Shown here piece by piece: positions 9,682 to 19,798 of a DNA stretch of 64,000 nt. A model generated the notes under the pieces. That model saw only the letters and a list, made by a program, of their open reading frames with translations, was not told the DNA's origin and did not search any database. Every line of letters starts with the position of its first letter. Within the stretch, counting starts at the first letter, position 1. A program made the translations under genes and the position numbers. Source of the DNA: an uncultured Chloroflexia bacterium (lineage in GTDB: Bacteria > Chloroflexota > Limnocylindria > Limnocylindrales > CSP1-4); the NCBI GenBank assembly GCA_963735455.1, contig CAVTKZ010000004.1, forward strand, positions 504,758 through 568,757. The letters are read 5' to 3'.

Positions 9682-11005
9682 ATGGAGCCCGCCATCGTCC
9701 AGGCCAGCTCGCCGTCGCGCCCAGCCGATCATTCGGGACGCTCGCTGACCGCGGTCCTGTTCGGCACGTTCACCCTGCGCCTGAGCACGGGGCTGACCGG
9801 CGCCCTGCTGACCTACCACCTGGCCCACTTCGAGCGGGTCGGCGGGGTTCGGATCGAGCCCGGGATGATCGGCCTCCTGGCTGCCCTGTTCTACGTCTCG
9901 GAGCTGGTCATGTCGCCCGTCTTCGGGGTGATGTCCGACCGCTTCGGCCATCACCGGCTGATGCAGCTCGGGCCGCTGTTCGGGTTCGTTGCCGTGCTGA
10001 TCACCGGCCTGACCGTGGCCATCCCGGTCGTCGCCGGGACGCGGGTCCTGGCCGGCCTGTCGACGGCCGCCTCGGTGCCCTCGATCCTGGGCTTCATCGC
10101 GATGGCCACGGCCGGCGACGAGCTGGCCCGCGGCCGCGCGTCGGCCCGCTTCGAGGGCGCGACCCTGGCCGGCCTCGGCTTCGGGATCGTCCTGGCCGGC
10201 CTGCTGATCGACCGCTTCGGGGTCAACGCCTTCTTCATCAACGCCGGGATCTACGCGATCTCGTTCTTCATCTACCGCTATGGGGTCAGGTTCCGGGAGG
10301 ACCTCCAGGCGATGCGCCGGGTGGACCACGGCGGCCTGAAGCGCTACCTCGAGATCCTGGGCAGCAGCCACGTCTGGCTCCTGGCACCGACCTGGATCGC
10401 GATCAACGCCGCGCTCGGCATGTGGACCAACCAGTCGCTCTTCCAGCTGACCCAGAAGCCCTCGCCGGAGTTCGCCGACCAGTACCTGATGGGCCACTTC
10501 GTGCCGACCGAGATCAGCATCGGCCTGGGCCTGGGGCTGATCGTGTTCTTCGCCGGCCTGGTCTTCTGGGGCAACCGCTTCAAGCGCTTCCGGCGGACGT
10601 CGATCATCTTCTTCGGGATCCTGGGCGGCCTGCTGGTGATCGTTGCCGCGGCCGTGATCAACCACAGCGAGGGCCTGCCCGGCCTGGCCCGGGCGGTCCC
10701 GGCGGGTGCGGTGGTGGGCGGCCTGTTCGTGCTGGCCGGGGCGACGCCGGCCGCGCTGGGCCTGCTGGCCGACGTGTCCGAGGCCTACCCCGAGGACCGC
10801 GGCGCGATCATGGGCCTCTACTCGGTCTTCCTGGCCGATCGGCCAGATCGGCGGCAGCCTGATCGGCGGCGAGGCGGCCCGGATGGCGGGCATCGACGGC
10901 CTCCTGGTCGGTACCCTCATCCTGCTGTTCATCGCCCTCGTCCCGCTCGCTCGCTTGCGAGCGGTCGAGCACCTGATCGGCCAGCCGGCCGCGAACGCAA
11001 CGTGA
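9682..11005 (+). CDS. MFS transporter (frameshift near 10835)
   Basis: About 12 hydrophobic segments; motif A GVMSDRFGHHRL; EDRGAIMGLY; C-terminus continues in frame 10706..11005. Confidence 0.88.
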
Positions 11006-11009
11006 GGGA

Positions 11010-11867
11010 GTGCCCATGACCGGGGTTGCGATCGTCACCGACTCGGCCAGCGACCTGTCGCCGGGCCGGGCCGCCGAGCTGGGGATCGCCCTGGTGCCCC
11101 TCCTCGTGTCGTTCGGCAGCGAGGAGTTCCAGGCCGGTGTCCAGCTCAGCGCCGAGGATTTCTGGGCGCGGATGACCGCACCCGACGCCCCCTTGCCGAA
11201 GACCGCCGCGGCCAGCCCGGCGGCCTTCCGGGACGCCTTCGAGGCCCAGTTCGCAACGGGCGCCGACTCGGTCGTGTGCATCACCGTGGCGGCCAGCCTG
11301 TCGGCCGCGTTCAAGTCGGCGACCCTCGGCCGGGAGATGCTGCCCGAGCGCGAGATCCACGTCGTGGACTCGGATACGGCGGCCTTCGGCCAGGCGCTCC
11401 TGGCGATCCTCGCCCGGGATCTCGCCCGGGCCGGCAAGTCGGGCGCCGAGGTCGCCGCCGAGGTGCTCCGGCGGGCGCCCGATGTCGAGGCGATCGTCTG
11501 CCTCGACACGCTCGAATACCTCCGCCGCGGCGGCCGGATCAGCGGCCCCCAGGCGGTGATCGGGACGCTCCTCAGCGTCAAGCCGATCATCGCGATCCAT
11601 AACGGCAAGGTCGACAAGATCGACCAGGTCCGGACCCGCGGCAAGGCCCGCGAACGGGCGATCGAGTTCGTCGCCTCGCGGCCGATCGAGCGTCTGGCGG
11701 TCTTCCACAGCATCAGCCCCGACCTCGACGACTTCCGCTCGGCGGTGATCGCCCGGGTCGGGACGGTCCCCGCCGCGGAGGTCGAGACGGCGATCATCGG
11801 ACCGTCGGTCGGACCGCACCTGGGGCCGGGCGCCCTCGGCGCGGCGATGCTCTACCGCGAGGCCTGA
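11010..11867 (+). CDS. DegV family fatty-acid-binding protein
   Basis: IVTDSASDL, LEYLRRGGRI, LSVKPII, HLGPGALG. Confidence 0.93.
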   Translation: MPMTGVAIVTDSASDLSPGRAAELGIALVPLLVSFGSEEFQAGVQLSAEDFWARMTAPDAPLPKTAAASPAAFRDAFEAQFATGADSVVCITVAASLSAAFKSATLGREMLPEREIHVVDSDTAAFGQALLAILARDLARAGKSGAEVAAEVLRRAPDVEAIVCLDTLEYLRRGGRISGPQAVIGTLLSVKPIIAIHNGKVDKIDQVRTRGKARERAIEFVASRPIERLAVFHSISPDLDDFRSAVIARVGTVPAAEVETAIIGPSVGPHLGPGALGAAMLYREA

Positions 11868-11928
11868 GGCGGAGGTCCGCGGCCGGCGGGTCGGCTCTCG
11901 ACGGCCAAGCCGGGCCGGCAGGTGCGCT

Positions 11929-11983
11929 GGTTGCGGTCAGGTTGCGGGCTGGTTGCCGGTCGGTGGCCCGGGCGGGCTATACT
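11929..11983 (+). promoter_or_regulatory. gdh promoter with four 11-bp-phased GGT(T/G)GC repeats and TATACT -10
   Basis: GGTTGC at 11929, 11940 and 11951, GGTGGC at 11962; TATACT at 11978-11983. Confidence 0.55.
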
Positions 11984-12092
11984 CCGCCCTGATTGACGCA
12001 GCGGCAGGTGCCCGATCGGCTCGACCGGGCGTTTCGTCGCGACCGTGGGGTCGTCCGGGAGACGGCCCACAGATTCGAGGAACACGGACTTC

Positions 12093-13362
12093 ATGACGAC
12101 CGAACGAGCCACCCGCGGCACGATCAACCCGTGGGAAGTGGCCCAGCAGCAGTTCGACCTCGCCGCCGACCGGCTCAACCTCGATCCCGGCCTGCGCCGG
12201 GTCCTGCGCGAGCCGCGGCGCGAGCTGATCGTCCACTTCCCGGTGAAGATGGACGACGGCAGCGTGCAGGTCTTCACCGGCTATCGCGTCCAGCACAACC
12301 TCGGCCGCGGGCCGGCCAAGGGCGGCATCCGCTACCACCAGGGGGTGACCCTCGACGAGGTCAAGGCCCTGGCCATGTGGATGACCTGGAAGTGCGCGGT
12401 CGTCGGCATCCCCTACGGCGGCGGCAAGGGCGGCGTGATCGTCGATCCCAAGCAGCTCTCGCAGCGCGAGCTGGAGGGCCTGACCCGGCGCTACGCGACG
12501 GAGATCAGCATCATCATCGGGCCGGAGCGGGACATCCCGGCACCCGACGTCAACACCAACAGCCAGACGATGGCCTGGATCATGGACACCTACTCGATGC
12601 ACGTCGGCTACACGGTGCCCGGCGTGGTCACCGGCAAGCCGATCGCCCTGGGTGGCTCGGAAGGCCGCAACGAGGCGACCGCCCGGGGCACCGTGTACTG
12701 CATCGTCGAGGCGGCCCGCCACCTGAACCTCGACCTGACCAAGGCCACGGTCGCGGTCCAGGGCTTCGGCAACGCCGGCTCGATCGCCGCCCGGCTGATC
12801 AGCGAAGAGGGCTCGACGGTCGTGGCGGTGAGCGACTCGACCGGCGGGATCCACGACCCGAGCGGCCTCGACATCGCCAAGGTGATGGCCTGGAAGGCCG
12901 AGCACGGCACGCGTCCAGGGCTTCCCCGGCGCGACGGACATCAGCAACGCGGCGCTCCTCGAGGTCGCCTGCGACATCCTGATCCCGGCCGCCCTCGAGA
13001 ACCAGATCACCGAGCGCAACGCCGGCAAGATCAAGGCCCGGATCGTGGCCGAGGCGGCCAACGGGCCGACGACGCCCGAGGCCGACGCGATCCTGTTCGC
13101 CAACGGCGTCTTCCAGATCCCCGACATCCTGTGCAACGCCGGCGGCGTCACGGTCAGCTACTTCGAGTGGGTGCAGGACCTCAACCGCGACTTCTGGGAC
13201 GAGGCCGAGGTCAACAGCAAGCTCAAGGGGATCATGGTCAAGGCGTTCAAGGACTGCCTGGCGATGAGCCTCCGCGAGAACGTCAACATGCGCACGGCCG
13301 CCTACCTGCTGGCCGTCCAGCGCGTCGCCGACGCCACCGCCATGCGCGGCCTGTACCCGTAG
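12093..13362 (+). CDS. gdhA: Glu/Leu/Phe/Val dehydrogenase, likely glutamate dehydrogenase (frameshift near 12910-12930)
   Basis: [35 protein letters not shown], then EAANGPTT and [12 protein letters not shown] in the next frame. Confidence 0.93.
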
Positions 13363-13450
13363 GACCGAGGCCGTCGCCAGCGGCACCGGAACCTCGCGGC
13401 CCCGCCCCGGCCGCCCGGAACCGGTGCCGCCCGGTGCTACCATCGGCGCC

Positions 13451-14056
13451 ATGCTCGACCACGAAGAGAAGTTCCTGTTCAAGGAGGAGATCCTCCACCT
13501 GGCCAACTCGGTCGCCGAGCCGGGCATCCTCGACAACGTCGAGGACCTGCTCACCGACGTGATCACCAGCCCGCGCTTCGATTCCGAGGTCTTCACCCTC
13601 GAGCGCAGCCTCCAGGTGATGCTCGGCCCGCGGGCCGGGACGACCCTGGTCGGGCTGCTGACGGTCGCCCCCGAGGTCTTCGAGGAAGTCGCCGACGTCC
13701 ACATCCCGTCGGAGGTCCACGAGCGGCTCGTCGCCTGGCGGGCCCGCTTCGGCCTGGCGATCGACAACGCCCTGAACTTCCTGAACAACCCCGACGGGAT
13801 CCAGGGCCACAACTTCGCCACCCAGATCGCCCATGTCGAGGATCGCCGGGTCCTCCAGGGCCGCCTGACGATGGTCCGCTACAACAACGAGCCGCAGTTC
13901 TTCGTGGCCGACGCGAGCGTGTTCATCGGCCTGATCGCCGACATCATGGAGCGCCTCGGGCCGTATCTCGAGGCCGATGCCGTCGATGCCGAGACGATCA
14001 CCCGGCTCAAGGACGCGGTCGCCATGGTGGATCGCCGGACCACGACCCGCAGCTAG
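13451..14056 (+). CDS. Hypothetical protein (201 aa)
   Basis: Strong GC3 codon bias and globular composition; extended -10 TGcTACCAT 7 nt upstream of the ATG. Confidence 0.8.
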   Translation: MLDHEEKFLFKEEILHLANSVAEPGILDNVEDLLTDVITSPRFDSEVFTLERSLQVMLGPRAGTTLVGLLTVAPEVFEEVADVHIPSEVHERLVAWRARFGLAIDNALNFLNNPDGIQGHNFATQIAHVEDRRVLQGRLTMVRYNNEPQFFVADASVFIGLIADIMERLGPYLEADAVDAETITRLKDAVAMVDRRTTTRS

Positions 14057-14064
14057 GGCCGGGC

Positions 14065-15187
14065 GTGCGCCAGGTCTACCTCGCCGCGACCGGCCAGAAC
14101 CGGGGCAAGACCACCACCAGCATCGGCCTCCTCGACGGCTTCCTGCGGCGCGGGCCTCGACACCCGGTTCATGAAGCCGGTTGGCCAGCGCACGATCATC
14201 GAGGACGGGCGTGCCCGCCGACGAGGATGCGGTCCTCGTCCGGAACGTCTTCGGGCTGACCGACCCGATGACCGTGATGAGCCCGGTCCACATCCCGCGC
14301 GGGCTTCACCAAGGCGTACATCAACGGCGAGATCGTCGAGGACCTCGCCGCCCGGATCCGGGCCGCCCACGTCGCCGGTCACCAGGGCCGGCGAGATCCT
14401 GCTGATCGAGGGCACCGGCCATGCCGGGGTCGGGGCGGTGATCGGGCTGTCGAACGCGACGGTCGCGGCGATGCTCGGCGCCCCGGCGATCATCGTGTCC
14501 GAGGGCGGCGTCGGCCGGCCGATCGACGAGATCGTGCTCAACGCCTCGCACTTCGCCAGCCACGGGGTGCGGGTCGCCGGGGCGATCGTCAACAAGGTCG
14601 ACCTCGACGCCCAGCCCGGGATCGTCCAGACCCTCGAGCGCGGGCTGGCCCTCCACGACATCCCGCTGCTCGGCGTCCTGCCCTACCGCCCGATCCTGTC
14701 CAACCCGACCCTGGCGATGATCCTCGAGGGCGTCCACGGCGAGACCGTCCATCCCGGCCCGGACCTCGATCGGGTGATCGGCGGGGTCGCGATCGGGGCG
14801 ATGGAGCCGGCCCACATGCTCGAGCGGATCCAGCCCGACACGCTGGTGATCGTGCCCGGCGACCGCGAGGACGCGATCCTGACCCTGACAACGGCTCACC
14901 TGACCGGCGGCCTGGACGAGGGCGGCGAGCCGCGCGGCGCGGCCCTCGGCCTGGTCCTGACCGGCGGCTATCGCCCCCGGCAGGCCGTCCTCGAGGCGAT
15001 CCGCCGGGCGAACCTGTTCGCCTCGATCGTGCCCGAGGACACCTACGTCGTCGCCTCCGAGGTCCACGACCTGCTGGTCAAGACCCATTCGGCCGATGCC
15101 GGCAAGATCGAGATGATCAAGGCCCTGGTCTGGGAGCACCTCCACATCGACCGCGTCCTCGAAGCCGCCGGCCCCGTCCCAGGCTGA
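14065..15187 (+). CDS. BioD-like P-loop plus DRTGG protein resembling the phosphotransacetylase N-terminus (several frameshifts 14150-14390)
   Basis: ATGQNRGKTT, FMKPVGQ, LIEGTGHAGVG, IVNKV, IVPGDRED (DRTGG); no catalytic PTA domain. Confidence 0.82.
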
Positions 15188-15261
15188 GCGGCTGGCCGCG
15201 ACGGCGGGCAGAGGGCCGCGGCGCTCGAGCCGACCTCACCCACAGGCGACCGGGCCCCAGG

Positions 15262-16107
15262 TCAGGCGCGCATCTCCAGGAGCTCGTTGTCGATCAGGCG
15301 GGTCGAGCCGAAGCGGACGGCCAGGGACAGGAGCGTCGAGCGGTCGGCCTGCTCGAGCTCGGCCAGGGTCAGGGCGTCGGCGACCGAGACGTACTCGGTC
15401 AGGGCCTTCGGCTCCGTGGCCAGCATCCGGCGCATCGTCTCGCGCATGACCTCGGCCGATCGCTCGCCCATCCGCCATTGGGCGGCCGCCTCGAGGAGGG
15501 CCCGGTGGAGGACCGGGGCCGCCGCCCGCTCCGATGGCGTCAGGTGGACGTTGCGCGACGAGAGGGCCAGGCCGTCCGGCTCCCGGACGGTGGGGCAGGC
15601 GATCACCTCGGTCGGCAGGGCCAGGTCGTGGGCCATCCGCCTGATCACCATCACCTGCTGGGCATCCTTCTGGCCGAAATAGGCGCGCTCGGCGCCGACC
15701 AGCCCGAAGAGGATGGCCACGACCGTCGCCACGCCATCGAAGTGGCCGGGCCGGGCCGCACCCTCGAGCGGCCGGGCAATCGCGCCCACCGAGACGGTCG
15801 TGTCGAAGCCCGGGACATAGACCTCCTCAACCGGTGGCGCCCACACGATCGTGACGCCCTCGGTGGCACAGATCTGGACGTCACGATCCTCGTTGCGCGG
15901 GTACTTCGTGAAGTCCTCGGCCTGCTGGAACTGGCGGGGATTGACGAAGATCGAGGCGACGACCGTGGGATTCCCGGCCCGGGCCTGGCGGATCAGCGAC
16001 CGGTGGCCGGCATGGAGCCAGCCCATCGTGGGCACCAGGCCGACCGGCCGGGGTGCGACGGCCAGGGCGGCCCGCAGCTCGGCGCGCGTGCGCAGGATCT
16101 GGGTCAA
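15262..16107 (-). CDS. panC: Pantoate-beta-alanine ligase
   Basis: VPTMGWLHAGH, SIFVNPRQF, RPGHFDGV, FGQKDAQQ, GLALSSRN, RLIDN. Confidence 0.96.
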   Translation of the reverse strand: MTQILRTRAELRAALAVAPRPVGLVPTMGWLHAGHRSLIRQARAGNPTVVASIFVNPRQFQQAEDFTKYPRNEDRDVQICATEGVTIVWAPPVEEVYVPGFDTTVSVGAIARPLEGAARPGHFDGVATVVAILFGLVGAERAYFGQKDAQQVMVIRRMAHDLALPTEVIACPTVREPDGLALSSRNVHLTPSERAAAPVLHRALLEAAAQWRMGERSAEVMRETMRRMLATEPKALTEYVSVADALTLAELEQADRSTLLSLAVRFGSTRLIDNELLEMRA

Positions 16108-16113
16108 CGCCGG

Positions 16114-17049
16114 CTAGAGGTCGCGATCGAGGGGGATGCCGCCGGCCGGGATCGAGCGGCTCGGTCGGTCGAGGGGGGAGTGGCCGAGGACCGCGTCGAT
16201 CACGTCGTCGTCCATCCGGACCGTCTCGGCCGGTCCCGGGAACGTGCCCGCCTCGACGTCGGCCCGGTAGGCCCGGGCGGCGCCCAGGATCACCTCGCGC
16301 AGGTTGGCGTACGGCCGGGCATGGCGGGGATGCCAGTCCTCGTAGCCGAGCAGGTCGGTCAGGACCTGGACCTGGCCGCTGCACCCTGGCCCGGCGCCGA
16401 TCCCGATCGTCGGGATGGTGAGCCGCTCGGTGATCGCCGCCGCGAGCTGCTCGGGCAGGAGCTCCAGGACGATCGAGAAGGCGCCCGCCTCCTGGACGGC
16501 GAGCGCGTCGGACAGCAGCTCGCGGGCCGCCTCACGGGTCTTGCCCTGGACCCGCAGCTTGCCGATCTGGTTGATCGATTGGGGCGTCAACCCGATATGG
16601 CCCATCACCGGGATCCCGGCCCGGGTGATCGCCTCGATCGTCCGCGCGCTGCGCCGGCCGCCCTCGACCTTGACCGCCTGGACACCGGCCTCGGACAGGA
16701 AGCGGCCCGCGTTGTGGACGGCTTCGTCGGGCGTGGCGTACGACAGGAAGGGCATGTCGCCGACGACCAGGGCGGCCCGCGCCCCGCGAACGACGGCCGT
16801 GGCGTGGTGGAGCATGTCGTCCATCGAGACCGGGATCTCGTTCTCGTAGCCGAGGACCGCCCGGCCGAGCGAGTCACCGACCAGGATCAGCGGCAGGCCG
16901 GCCTCGTCGAGCAGGCGGGCGGTCGGGAAGTCGTAGGCAGTGATCATCGCGATCCGGGTGCCGTCGGCCCGGAGGCGGGCGATGTCGCTCACGGTGAGGC
17001 GCCGGACGGGGGCGGCGGGCTTGGGATCGGGGTTGGTGCTGGCACTCAC
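16114..17049 (-). CDS. panB: 3-methyl-2-oxobutanoate hydroxymethyltransferase
   Basis: TAYD, LVGDSLG, GDMPFLSY, VKVEGG, GHIGLTPQ, IGIGAG. Confidence 0.96.
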   Translation of the reverse strand: MSASTNPDPKPAAPVRRLTVSDIARLRADGTRIAMITAYDFPTARLLDEAGLPLILVGDSLGRAVLGYENEIPVSMDDMLHHATAVVRGARAALVVGDMPFLSYATPDEAVHNAGRFLSEAGVQAVKVEGGRRSARTIEAITRAGIPVMGHIGLTPQSINQIGKLRVQGKTREAARELLSDALAVQEAGAFSIVLELLPEQLAAAITERLTIPTIGIGAGPGCSGQVQVLTDLLGYEDWHPRHARPYANLREVILGAARAYRADVEAGTFPGPAETVRMDDDVIDAVLGHSPLDRPSRSIPAGGIPLDRDL

Positions 17050-18410
17050 GATGCTGACTCCTGGGGGACGTCGCTGCGTCCAGTCTGCGCGGCGGCGTCG
17101 CGGGCGTCCAGCCGGGCGGCCAGCCGGTCGAGGAGCCGGTCGGCCACCTCGCGCTTGGTGAGCAGCGGCCAGGCCTCGGCCGGGGCATCGGCGGCCAGCA
17201 GGGTGACCCGATTGGTATCCGTCCCGAAGCCCGATCCGGGCTCGGCCACGTCATTGGCGACGAGCAGGTCGACCCCCTTTCGGTTCAGCTTGTCGACGGC
17301 CCGCTCGAGCGAGCCGGTCTCGGCCGCGAAACCGACCAGGATTGGGACGGGCCGCAGGCGGCGGGCGGCCTGCACGGCCCCGGCCAGCAGGTCGGGGGTC
17401 GGCTCGAGCTCCAAGTTCAGGGCTCCGCCGCGGGGCAGCTTGGAGGTTGCCGGCCGGCGCGGCCGGAAGTCGGCGACGGCGGCGGCCATGATCAGGGCGT
17501 CGAACCCTGCCCGCCCCTCGGCCCCGGCAGCCAGGATCGAGCCCAGCGCCGCTTCCAGCTCGGCCGTGCTCTCGACCCGGATCAGCTCGGCGGCCGGCGG
17601 CAGTCCGACGTCGACGCTGCCCGCGATCAGGGTCACCCGGGCCCCGCGATCGAGGGCCGCCTCGCTCAGCGCCAGGCCCATCTTGCCGCTCGAGCGATTG
17701 CCGATGAAGCGGACCGGGTCGATCGCCTCGCGGGTCCCGCCGGCGGTGACGACGATGTGCCGCCCGTCGAGATCGGCCTCGTGGACGACCCGGCTGAGGC
17801 GTGGTGGCCGGAGCGCCGGGTCGGCGGCTCGAATGGGGCGATCGCCGAGGACCTCGACGGCGGCATCCACGATCCGGCCGAGGTCGGCCAGCCGGCCGAC
17901 GCCGGTCTGGCCCGACGCGAGCGCGCCGCTCTCGGGCTCGACGATCCGGTAGCCGAAGTCGTCGCGCAGCCGGGCGACGTTCGCGCGGGTCGCCGGGTGG
18001 GCGTACATCTCGCCGTCCATCGCCGGCGCCACGACGACCGGAGCCGCGCTGGCCAGGCAGGTGGCGGTCACGACATCGGCCGCCAGGCCGTTGGCCATCG
18101 CCCCCAGCCAGTTGGCGGTGGCCGGCGCGACGACGATCACGTCGGCCGCGTCCGCGACCACGATATGGCCGATCCGGCCGTCGGCCTGGAGGGCCAGCAG
18201 GTCGCTCTCCACCGCCCGCCCGCTGAGCGCCTCCAGGGCGAGCGGCGCGACGAACCGGGCGGCCGACGGCGTCAGGAGGACCTGGACCTCGGCCCCTTCG
18301 GCCTGCAGGGCCCGGAGCAGCTCGACCGACTTGTAGGCCGCGATCGAACCGGTGATCCCCAGGCCCACGAACCGGCCGGCCAGGCGGCCCACCAGCCGCC
18401 CCGTGCTCAT
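17046..18410 (-). CDS. coaBC: Bifunctional phosphopantothenoylcysteine decarboxylase/synthase
   Basis: GITGSIAAYK, APATAN, TAGGTREAIDPVRFIGNRSSGKMG, VGFAAET. Confidence 0.95.
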   Translation of the reverse strand: MSTGRLVGRLAGRFVGLGITGSIAAYKSVELLRALQAEGAEVQVLLTPSAARFVAPLALEALSGRAVESDLLALQADGRIGHIVVADAADVIVVAPATANWLGAMANGLAADVVTATCLASAAPVVVAPAMDGEMYAHPATRANVARLRDDFGYRIVEPESGALASGQTGVGRLADLGRIVDAAVEVLGDRPIRAADPALRPPRLSRVVHEADLDGRHIVVTAGGTREAIDPVRFIGNRSSGKMGLALSEAALDRGARVTLIAGSVDVGLPPAAELIRVESTAELEAALGSILAAGAEGRAGFDALIMAAAVADFRPRRPATSKLPRGGALNLELEPTPDLLAGAVQAARRLRPVPILVGFAAETGSLERAVDKLNRKGVDLLVANDVAEPGSGFGTDTNRVTLLAADAPAEAWPLLTKREVADRLLDRLAARLDARDAAAQTGRSDVPQESAS

Positions 18411-19219
18411 CCGAGGCCCGCCTCGATCGGCTCGCCGCCGGTCACCTCGGCATGCAGGATCGAGAGGCCCTTGAGGGTCAGGTCGGGATCGACCATCCCG
18501 ATGCCCTCGATGCCGGCCGCCCACGGGGCGCGGCTCAGGCCGCCGGTCAGGATCGTCTTGACCCCGGCCGACTCGATCCCGCTGGTGTCGGCCAGCTCGC
18601 GCCGGACACGGGCCAGGAGGCCGCTGACCAGCGCCTGGTAGCCCAGGATCGCGCCGGACTGCAGCGCGCCGACGGTGTCCCGGGCGATCGCCCGATCGGG
18701 CTGGCGCAGCTCGATCCGGGGCAGCTTGGCGGTCCGGGCGGCGAGCGCCTCGAGGCCGACCTCCAGCCCGGGTGCGATCGCTCCACCGAGGAACGCCCCG
18801 TCGACCGCGATCGCGTCAAAGGTCGAGGCCGTGCCCAGGTCCACGACGACGGCCGGGGTGCCGTACAGGCGGGCCGCGCCAAGGGCGTTGACCAGGCGAT
18901 CCGCGCCGACCTCGTCGGGCCGCTCGACCCGGACCGGCAGGGGCACGTGGCCGGCGCTGGCCAGGACCAGGCCCACGTCCCGGCGAGCCGCGACCGACTC
19001 GAGGGCCGCGGTGAGGCCGGGCACCACCGAGGCGCAGGCGATCGCGGCGATGCCCCGCAGGTCGAGGGTGTCCAGGCCGAGCAGGCCCTCGATCAGCAGC
19101 TCGAGCTCGTCCGGGGTGGCGGCCCGGTCGGTGGCCGCCCGGCGGCTGGCCACGAGCAGCCCGTTCTGGAACAGGCCGGTCGTGATGTTCGAGTTGCCGA
19201 TGTCGATGGCCAGCAGCAT
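18407..19219 (-). CDS. coaX: Type III pantothenate kinase
   Basis: LAIDIGNSN, VGADR, VDLGTA..D, GGAIAPG. Confidence 0.95.
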   Translation of the reverse strand: MLLAIDIGNSNITTGLFQNGLLVASRRAATDRAATPDELELLIEGLLGLDTLDLRGIAAIACASVVPGLTAALESVAARRDVGLVLASAGHVPLPVRVERPDEVGADRLVNALGAARLYGTPAVVVDLGTASTFDAIAVDGAFLGGAIAPGLEVGLEALAARTAKLPRIELRQPDRAIARDTVGALQSGAILGYQALVSGLLARVRRELADTSGIESAGVKTILTGGLSRAPWAAGIEGIGMVDPDLTLKGLSILHAEVTGGEPIEAGLG

Positions 19220-19320
19220 CGCTCGATGATACGCGGCACGGATGGCCCACCGGCCCGTAGCGGCAGGAGTACGATTCGAGGCCACCGATCCCGTCCAGCC
19301 GGTCCGCGCAGGAGATCGCC

Positions 19321-19749
19321 GTGTCGCCCGTGCCGCCCGCGAAGTTCTTCGTCAACCGGGGCATCGTGTCGACCCGGACGGACCTCTCCAACCTCCTCCG
19401 GCCACTGCTCAAGCAGACCGTCACCTACCGCTTCCTGCGCGGTCGCGAGCTGGTCGCCCACGGCACTGGCTGGGTCGAGCGAATCGTGATGGACCAGCCC
19501 GAGGTGTCGACCTACTTCACGCCCCTGGCGATCTGCCTGAACATCGATTCGTTCGAGCACCTCGAGTTCGAGACGCGGCCCGACCAGCTCATCGTGTACA
19601 CCCTGGTCCAGGGCGACGAGCGGGTGATCATCGAGTTCGCGCCGATCGACCCGTCGGCCGAGTCGCCCTTCGCGCCCCGCCAGCTCGAGTTCGACACGAG
19701 CGGCTTCGTCCAGATGGAGCTCCTCGGCCTGGAGCGCGACGAGGCCTGA
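19321..19749 (+). CDS. Hypothetical protein (142 aa)
   Basis: AGGAG SD before GTG; strong codon bias. Confidence 0.8.
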   Translation: MSPVPPAKFFVNRGIVSTRTDLSNLLRPLLKQTVTYRFLRGRELVAHGTGWVERIVMDQPEVSTYFTPLAICLNIDSFEHLEFETRPDQLIVYTLVQGDERVIIEFAPIDPSAESPFAPRQLEFDTSGFVQMELLGLERDEA

Positions 19750-19798
19750 CGCCGGCCACTGACCGGGGGAGCGGCCGCGATCAAGTACGATCCCCGGG

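Noticed and set aside
9200-14400. Possible programmed frameshifts in ggt, MFS, gdh and the DRTGG gene
   Set aside because: No slippery sequences seen; same indel pattern as elsewhere in the window.
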